A stretch of 25,003 nucleotides of DNA, taken from the IMG/VR virus record IMGVR_UViG_3300042891_000381, positions 1 through 25,003 of that record; one strand, given 5' to 3'. A program made the translations under genes and the position numbers. The notes under the pieces were generated by a model. It searched no databases. It had not been told where the DNA came from and saw only the letters and a list, made by a program, of their open reading frames with translations. Of this stretch, positions 17,239-22,748 are shown piece by piece (within the stretch, counting starts at the first letter, position 1; each line of letters begins with the position of its first letter). The DNA is from a virus (taxonomy: Duplodnaviria; Caudoviricetes).

Positions 17239-19068
17239 ATGCCTCGTAGTTTTGATTTAAATAAAACATGGATTCCTGGGTCTTCCAGAGGAACTACCAC
17301 ATTCAATGCCAGTGGCAATATTAATATTGCTTATGGTAGAAACAAAACATCAGTGAGTGGTCGCGGTGGTTCTGGTGTTGCACCATCATATAACACAGTA
17401 ACAAATTATCCGTATACAGCAGCAAGTTACAACACAGTAACGAATTATCCATACACACCTGTCAGTTATCCGTTTGTTCCTGCTTCATACAATACTACTC
17501 CAGCAAGTTACAACACAGTTCCAGCAAGTTACAATACTACTCCAGCAAGTTACAATACTACTCCAGCAAGTTACAACACAGTAACGAATTATCCATATAC
17601 AGCAGTCAGTTACCCATACACACCTGCTAGTTATCCATTTGTGCCTGCAAGTTATAACACAGTTCCAGCAAGTTATAACACGGTAACAAATTACCCATAT
17701 GTAAATGCAAGTTACAACACCGTTCAAAATTATCCATATACACCAGATAGTTATCCGTTTGTACCTGCAAGTTATAACACGGTAACAAATTACCCATATG
17801 TTAATGCACGTTACAACACAGTCACGAACTATCCATATACAGCAGCAAGATATAATACGGTAACAAACTATCCATACACGCCAGTCAGTTATCCGTTTGT
17901 TCCTGCTTCATACAATACTACTCCAGCAAGTTATAACACAGTTCCAGCAAGTTACAACACAGTAACGAACTATCCATATGTACCTGCAAGTTACAATACT
18001 GTTGTTAATTGGAATTCAACACTTTATGAAGAAGTATTCGACGAGCAAAATTATGCATTCTATTCAGCAAGTTATCCAGGCAGCGGATCTGGAACTAGTT
18101 GCCCACCTGATGGTTATGCCGATCTAGGACCACAGATACCTGCAAACACACCACCAAACCCTTATAATTACCCATTTGGATACTACTCGTTTCCGAATTT
18201 TGGTGGATTTCTTTCTGGAGGTTATTTTCTAACTTATTATTCAGTAACATATAGTTGCACAACTAATTATCCATACACACCAGCAAGTTATAATTCTGTA
18301 GTGACGAACTATCCATACACGCCAACAAGTTACCCATACACACCTGTCAGTTATCCGTATGTAAACGCGAGTTACAATACTACTCCAGCAAGTTATAACA
18401 CGGTAACAAATTACCCATATGTAAATGCAAGTTACAACACAGTGACGAACTATCCATTTGTACCTGCAAGTTATAATGCAGCTGTGACAAATTATCCATA
18501 TGTGGCTCCAAGTTATAACATTGTTCCAAGCAGTTATAACATAGTCACTAACTATCCATTTGTACCTGCAAGTTATAATGCAGCTGTGACAAATTATCCG
18601 TATACAGCAGCAAGTTATCCATATGTAAACGCGAGTTACAATACTACTCCAGCAAGTTATAACACAGTTCCAGCAAGTTACAACACAGTAACGAATTATC
18701 CATACACGCCAGTCAGTTACCCTTACACACCAGTCAGTTATCCATATACACCAGTTAGTTATCCATATACACCAGTTAGTTATCCGTATGTAAATGCAAG
18801 TTACAATACTACTCCAGCAAGTTATAATACGGTAACGAATTATCCGTTTGTACCTGCAAGTTATAACACTGTAAACAGTTATCCATATGTTCCTGGAAAC
18901 CCAGGAACACCAACTACAGTTCTTGGTGTATATTTCCCAGGCGGTGGAGTTGGTGCAGTTGCTCCATATGTTTCTGAAACAGTTACAAATTATTGGGATT
19001 ATCCAGACAATGCAACATATCCTGTTGCAGTTCCAACAGGTGGATATATAGTAGTGAAGGTTGAATAA
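17239..19068 (+). CDS. Tyr/Pro/Asn-rich repeat protein with two complementary repeat arms and a central unique domain; putative fibre tip or adhesin
   Basis: 609 aa, starting 2 nt after the fibre gene. Layout: about 49-aa N-terminal cap, 31 repeats, 86-aa unique segment with 2 Cys, 31 repeats, about 58-aa C-terminal cap. The function is inferred from gene context. Confidence 0.75.
   Translation: MPRSFDLNKTWIPGSSRGTTTFNASGNINIAYGRNKTSVSGRGGSGVAPSYNTVTNYPYTAASYNTVTNYPYTPVSYPFVPASYNTTPASYNTVPASYNTTPASYNTTPASYNTVTNYPYTAVSYPYTPASYPFVPASYNTVPASYNTVTNYPYVNASYNTVQNYPYTPDSYPFVPASYNTVTNYPYVNARYNTVTNYPYTAARYNTVTNYPYTPVSYPFVPASYNTTPASYNTVPASYNTVTNYPYVPASYNTVVNWNSTLYEEVFDEQNYAFYSASYPGSGSGTSCPPDGYADLGPQIPANTPPNPYNYPFGYYSFPNFGGFLSGGYFLTYYSVTYSCTTNYPYTPASYNSVVTNYPYTPTSYPYTPVSYPYVNASYNTTPASYNTVTNYPYVNASYNTVTNYPFVPASYNAAVTNYPYVAPSYNIVPSSYNIVTNYPFVPASYNAAVTNYPYTAASYPYVNASYNTTPASYNTVPASYNTVTNYPYTPVSYPYTPVSYPYTPVSYPYTPVSYPYVNASYNTTPASYNTVTNYPFVPASYNTVNSYPYVPGNPGTPTTVLGVYFPGGGVGAVAPYVSETVTNYWDYPDNATYPVAVPTGGYIVVKVE
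17386..18003 (+). repeat. Repeat arm 1: 31 units of 6-7 aa, YN-type or YP-type
   Basis: Unit order NPNPPNNNNNPPPNNPNPPNPNPNPPNNNPN, read from the translation. Confidence 0.95.
18262..18891 (+). repeat. Repeat arm 2: 31 units of 6-7 aa, YN-type or YP-type
   Basis: Unit order PNPPPNNPNPNPNNPNPPNNNPPPPPNNPNP, read from the translation. Confidence 0.95.
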
Positions 19069-19089
19069 TTTAAAGAACTATAGTATAAT
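19061..19089 (+). promoter_or_regulatory. Sigma70-type promoter
   Basis: TTGAAT (19061-19066), a 17-nt spacer, then a perfect TATAAT (19084-19089), just upstream of SD GGAG (19103-19106) and ATG 19113. Confidence 0.7.
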
Positions 19090-19112
19090 ATGATTTAAAA
19101 TTGGAGTTTGTT

Positions 19113-19703
19113 ATGCCCACATTTGTAAAATATATTCGCCCATTACCACAATTTTCAATCAACGAAAGTTACTTCACACCAGAAGAAATCGAAAAGATCA
19201 TCGACTTAGAAGAACTACAAACTTTCTCAGAAGGAAAACTTGGTGTAGATAATGGTGGAAAAATCAACAAGGATTATCGAGACAGCGAAATATCCTGGCT
19301 TATTCCATCACCAGAGTCAAAATGGTTGTTTGATAAATTCAGTTGGTTGATGGCTCAAGTGAATCATGCTAATTTTATGTATGATATCGATGGATTTGAT
19401 GCCTTTCAATACACAAAATATAAAGCAAAACAACATTATAATTGGCATTTTGATTGCTTTACTGAGTATCAAAATTATGAACGCAAAATGAGCGCAATAA
19501 TTTTGTTATCTGACCCATCAAAATATGGTGGTGGTGAATTCGAAATAGTTACTGATGGTAACATTGAAAAACCAATATCTCTAAAGCCACCAATCGGATC
19601 CGTTGTATTTTTTGCTTCTTGGATGCCACACAGAGTGGTGCCAGTGAAGTCTGGTGTCCGTAAATCATTAGTTACTTGGATTATGGGTAAGCGATCATGT
19701 TGA
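19113..19703 (+). CDS. 2OG-Fe(II) oxygenase, prolyl 4-hydroxylase-like
   Basis: HxD (YNWHFD), RKMSAIILLS...YGGGEF, distal His (PHRV) and the 2OG-binding RxS (RKSLVTW). Start moved from TTG 19101 to ATG 19113 because GGAG precedes it. Confidence 0.9.
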   Translation: MPTFVKYIRPLPQFSINESYFTPEEIEKIIDLEELQTFSEGKLGVDNGGKINKDYRDSEISWLIPSPESKWLFDKFSWLMAQVNHANFMYDIDGFDAFQYTKYKAKQHYNWHFDCFTEYQNYERKMSAIILLSDPSKYGGGEFEIVTDGNIEKPISLKPPIGSVVFFASWMPHRVVPVKSGVRKSLVTWIMGKRSC

Positions 19704-20437
19704 ATACATTGCGCAATATATTTAAATTTTGGGGTAACGATGTCATTGAGTTTTATTGCCATCCAGATTTAAGTGGTGTGATTCCAGAACCTAAACCAGC
19801 AATAAAATATCTACCAGAATGGTTTAGAATTTTGCCACCAACTCTCCCAGATAAAAGGGATACTATGTTCAATGTTCCTTCAATGAGTGCAAAAAAATGT
19901 TTGCCGTTGATTGATGCAATGTCCCTAGGATATGTAATCCCATTGTGCGGTGATCTTCATGTTCAAGTTGATCCTGATATGACGGAAATTAAAACTCACA
20001 ATCCACCTGGTTTAAAACTTGCTGAATTTCATTCAGTAGATCAATTAGGGGGTGAAAATGCGCCAAGATTTCCATTACATCCGATTAAGTTTGTGAATCA
20101 TTGGATCGTTAAAACTGCTCCTGGTTGGTCAACATTGTTTGTGCCACCAATGAATCATATTGATCAACCATTTACTTGTTTAAGTGGGCTGGTAGATACA
20201 GACAAATATCCAAAAGAAGTTAATTTTCCTGCAATCTGGAATAAGCCTGGTTTTGATGGTATTATTTCTGCAGGAACACCACTAGTAACTGCTATTCCAA
20301 TTAAACGTAATACATTTGATAAAAAACCAAAAATTAGAAAAATGACGGATGACGATTTTAACACTATTGAAACAATTAAAAAGCAACAACACAGTAGAAT
20401 GCATGTTTATACAAATGAATTGAGAGTTAAGAAATGA
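19697..20437 (+). CDS. Conserved phage hypothetical protein (possibly DUF6065-like), paralog 1
   Basis: 246 aa with PKPA...LPEWF, KKCLPLIDAMSLGYVIP, KFVNHWIVKTAPGWSTLF, SGLVDTD and AGTPL..IP. As I recall, this family often sits beside 2OG oxygenases in aquatic phages. The family name is uncertain. Confidence 0.65.
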   Translation: MLNTLRNIFKFWGNDVIEFYCHPDLSGVIPEPKPAIKYLPEWFRILPPTLPDKRDTMFNVPSMSAKKCLPLIDAMSLGYVIPLCGDLHVQVDPDMTEIKTHNPPGLKLAEFHSVDQLGGENAPRFPLHPIKFVNHWIVKTAPGWSTLFVPPMNHIDQPFTCLSGLVDTDKYPKEVNFPAIWNKPGFDGIISAGTPLVTAIPIKRNTFDKKPKIRKMTDDDFNTIETIKKQQHSRMHVYTNELRVKK

Positions 20438-21285
20438 ATCTTTTTAATATTTTTAAATCTAAAAAACCTCTTTATGAATCAACTTCAGTTGAAGAAGAAA
20501 TAGAAGTTTCTAACTCAACAGTAATTCAATCTCCTTTGCAAAAAAATAAACTAGAATTTATTGATTCTTCTGAGTTGGTATTTGCCAGTTTGCCAATCAA
20601 ATTAGCAAAAGATGTTCCAGTCAATTCTAGAAAACATGTTGAGGACCTAGGAAATAAATTTACATTTCCACTATGCCCTGGGATGTTTGATTATTCTAGA
20701 TTAGGATATATTGTTCCGTGTTGGGCAGATTTTCATTTTAAAATAAACAAAGCAGGTTGTATCGCCTATGCTGGGGGTGGTAAACGAAGTTCTCCATTTA
20801 GAGATCCTGTTCCAATGGCTAGTGACATAGTCGATGGTATCTTTAACATTCAAGATGGCATTCCTCTACGACCATTTAATATAAATTCTCCATGGAAAAT
20901 CTTTAGTTATGATAAAGATATTTCAGCGTTAATATTACCTGCATGGTATCATTCAAGTCCAGAATTTCTTGAAAATTTTTATGTTTATCCTGGCATAGTT
21001 GACTATAATACATTTCATACTATGAATGCAATTTTAGCACCAAGAAAAAAATGTGAGTATACAATCAAAGCAGGGGAACCCCTATTGCATGTGATACCGT
21101 TTTACAATAGACACATTGAGTGTGGATACGGTCCACCTAATATCGAACAAAAAAGTATACTCTCATATGATCCAAAAATACATGAGAATCAATTTTATAG
21201 AAAAAACCATAATATTAAAAAAAGTTTTACATTAGATAGAGTGGAAGAAGATCCTAATCAACAACCAAAAGAAGATAAAGAATGA
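20434..21285 (+). CDS. Conserved phage hypothetical protein, paralog 2 of the upstream gene
   Basis: 283 aa. CPGMFDYSRLGYIVP, SPWKI, PGIVDY and IKAGEPLLHVIPF align by eye with the motifs of 19697-20437. ATGA overlaps at both ends. Confidence 0.65.
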   Translation: MNLFNIFKSKKPLYESTSVEEEIEVSNSTVIQSPLQKNKLEFIDSSELVFASLPIKLAKDVPVNSRKHVEDLGNKFTFPLCPGMFDYSRLGYIVPCWADFHFKINKAGCIAYAGGGKRSSPFRDPVPMASDIVDGIFNIQDGIPLRPFNINSPWKIFSYDKDISALILPAWYHSSPEFLENFYVYPGIVDYNTFHTMNAILAPRKKCEYTIKAGEPLLHVIPFYNRHIECGYGPPNIEQKSILSYDPKIHENQFYRKNHNIKKSFTLDRVEEDPNQQPKEDKE

Positions 21286-22232
21286 AAATATTTGTAAGCA
21301 TATGCTCATATAGAGATCCACTGTTAGTTTACACACTAAAATCTCTAATTCAAAGTAAGTCCTCGCTTGCTGAAGTAGTATATGGAATATTCGAACAAAC
21401 AGAAAAAGAAAATAGTTTAGAAACACTGCATCCAGAATTAATATCAAGACCTGATGTAAAGTATAAGAGAATTGACCCACAATATTCTGAGGGCGTTGGG
21501 TGGGCGAGAAACATTAATGCTTTACAATTAACTGATGAGGATTTTTATTATCAAATTGATTCTCACATGGTATTTGATAACAACTGGGATAGGCAACTAA
21601 TTAATGATTACAAAGAGGGCTGTTTAATTGCTAACTCAAATAAAGTAGTCATATCATCTAATTGTAAAAATTTCAATCTCGTCGAAGGACATGTTAAACT
21701 TGAGCACAATAAAAATGTTGCTTGTATAGCCAAATTTTATCAATTTGATAAAAGTCTTTCGTTATTTGCTCACGGCGAACATACCAATCCAACTACTAGT
21801 GTTATGCCAGCCAGCCATATTTTTGCAGGCAACATGTTCACTCATGCAGATTGGATTAATAATGTTGGGATAAATCCAAAAATCTTTTTTCATGGGGAAG
21901 AACAAATTATGGTTCTTTCTTCGTTTATGGTTGGCTATTCAATCTTTCACGGTAAACAGATTAATTGTTACCATTATATTGGATCTAATCAACATACTTC
22001 TAAACAGGACTATAATCCTATAGTCTCAGATGAAGTTATACAAGAAAGAAAATATAGATCAGATTTAGAATTTAGACGGTTCATTGATTCTGTGGACGAC
22101 GTAGTCTTTGAGGAGTTTAGGCGCTACTCTGGAGTCGATTACATAAACAGAAAGATTGAAAAACGTGCTTTGACAAACGCAATTAAACCAAATATCGAAG
22201 TCGATTGGGTAATCCCAGATAAAACGGACTAA
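21282..22232 (+). CDS. GlcNAc transferase, Gnt1/GT60-like (GT-A fold)
   Basis: 316 aa with IFVSICSYRD, GVGWAR, YYQIDSHMVF..NWD (DSH metal motif), FAGNMF and IFFHGEE. These match the motif pattern of Skp1-hydroxyproline GlcNAc transferase-like enzymes. Confidence 0.85.
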   Translation: MKIFVSICSYRDPLLVYTLKSLIQSKSSLAEVVYGIFEQTEKENSLETLHPELISRPDVKYKRIDPQYSEGVGWARNINALQLTDEDFYYQIDSHMVFDNNWDRQLINDYKEGCLIANSNKVVISSNCKNFNLVEGHVKLEHNKNVACIAKFYQFDKSLSLFAHGEHTNPTTSVMPASHIFAGNMFTHADWINNVGINPKIFFHGEEQIMVLSSFMVGYSIFHGKQINCYHYIGSNQHTSKQDYNPIVSDEVIQERKYRSDLEFRRFIDSVDDVVFEEFRRYSGVDYINRKIEKRALTNAIKPNIEVDWVIPDKTD

Positions 22233-22238
22233 GACAAT

Positions 22239-22246
22239 TATAAATA
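22239..22246 (+). promoter_or_regulatory. T4-type late promoter TATAAATA
   Basis: Exact gp55-dependent late consensus, intergenic, immediately after the GT stop and upstream of structural genes. Confidence 0.75.
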
Positions 22247-22279
22247 CATATTGGGTTGGATATTACAGGGTTCAAATAA

Positions 22280-22357
22280 ATGCCAAGTCCAAGTTCAACG
22301 TCAGCACAAGATATTAATACTGATTTCGCAGAAGTTTTCTCTGGCGCACCGTTATAA
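22280..22357 (+). CDS. 25-aa micro-ORF or gene remnant (MPSPSSTSAQDINTDFAEVFSGAPL)
   Basis: ATG to TAA directly downstream of the late promoter; weak SD (AGGG). Confidence 0.3.
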   Translation: MPSPSSTSAQDINTDFAEVFSGAPL

Positions 22358-22370
22358 GATAGTTTTTGAA

Positions 22371-22400
22371 ATACCTAAATACCTAAAACTCTCTTTAGGA
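22371..22400 (+). promoter_or_regulatory. Late-promoter variant CTAAATA overlapping a small SD-sequestering hairpin
   Basis: CTAAATA at 22375-22381. Stem CCTAAA (22382-22387)/TTTAGG (22394-22399) overlaps SD AGGA (22397-22400). Tandem ATACCTAA x2 at 22371-22386. Confidence 0.45.
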
Positions 22401-22407
22401 TATAACA

Positions 22408-22743
22408 ATGGCTAGTTTTTTAGAGCTTTCCTGCGACCAAGGTACAGATTTTACTGTAAATTTAGACCTTACCAATGACGATGGAAGCACCATAAACGTC
22501 ACAAACTATACGTTTAGTTCCTCTATTCGCAAATCATATTATTCATCTAATGTTACTGCTAATCTAACGGTAACTGTTGCCAATGCCGCAAGCGGAAATG
22601 TTGTTCTTTCCATGAACGCTGCAACAACTGCAAACATTCGTGCAGGAAGATATCTTTATGATATCAAAATGGTAAGAGCAGACAGCACCAAATCCAGAGT
22701 TGTAGAGGGCATTATAACAGTTTTTCCACAAATTACGCAGTAA
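22408..22743 (+). CDS. Small virion structural/adaptor protein (BppU N-terminal-like)
   Basis: 111 aa with DQGTDF..., IRKSYYSS, AGRYLYD and RVVEGIITVFP, a pattern often seen before fibre genes in T4-like aquatic phages. SD AGGA. Confidence 0.75.
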   Translation: MASFLELSCDQGTDFTVNLDLTNDDGSTINVTNYTFSSSIRKSYYSSNVTANLTVTVANAASGNVVLSMNAATTANIRAGRYLYDIKMVRADSTKSRVVEGIITVFPQITQ

Positions 22744-22748
22744 ATTAA

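Noticed and set aside
17386-18891. CRISPR array or DNA inverted repeat as the explanation of the repeats
   Set aside because: The units are in-frame coding repeats with synonymous variation and no unique spacers. The reverse complement of a typical unit (tggagtagtattgtaacttgc) was not seen on the + strand, so the symmetry is not a DNA hairpin.
17239-22232. Diversity-generating retroelement acting on the fibre tip
   Set aside because: There is no reverse transcriptase in the window and no template/variable repeat pair differing at adenines. One elsewhere in the genome cannot be excluded.
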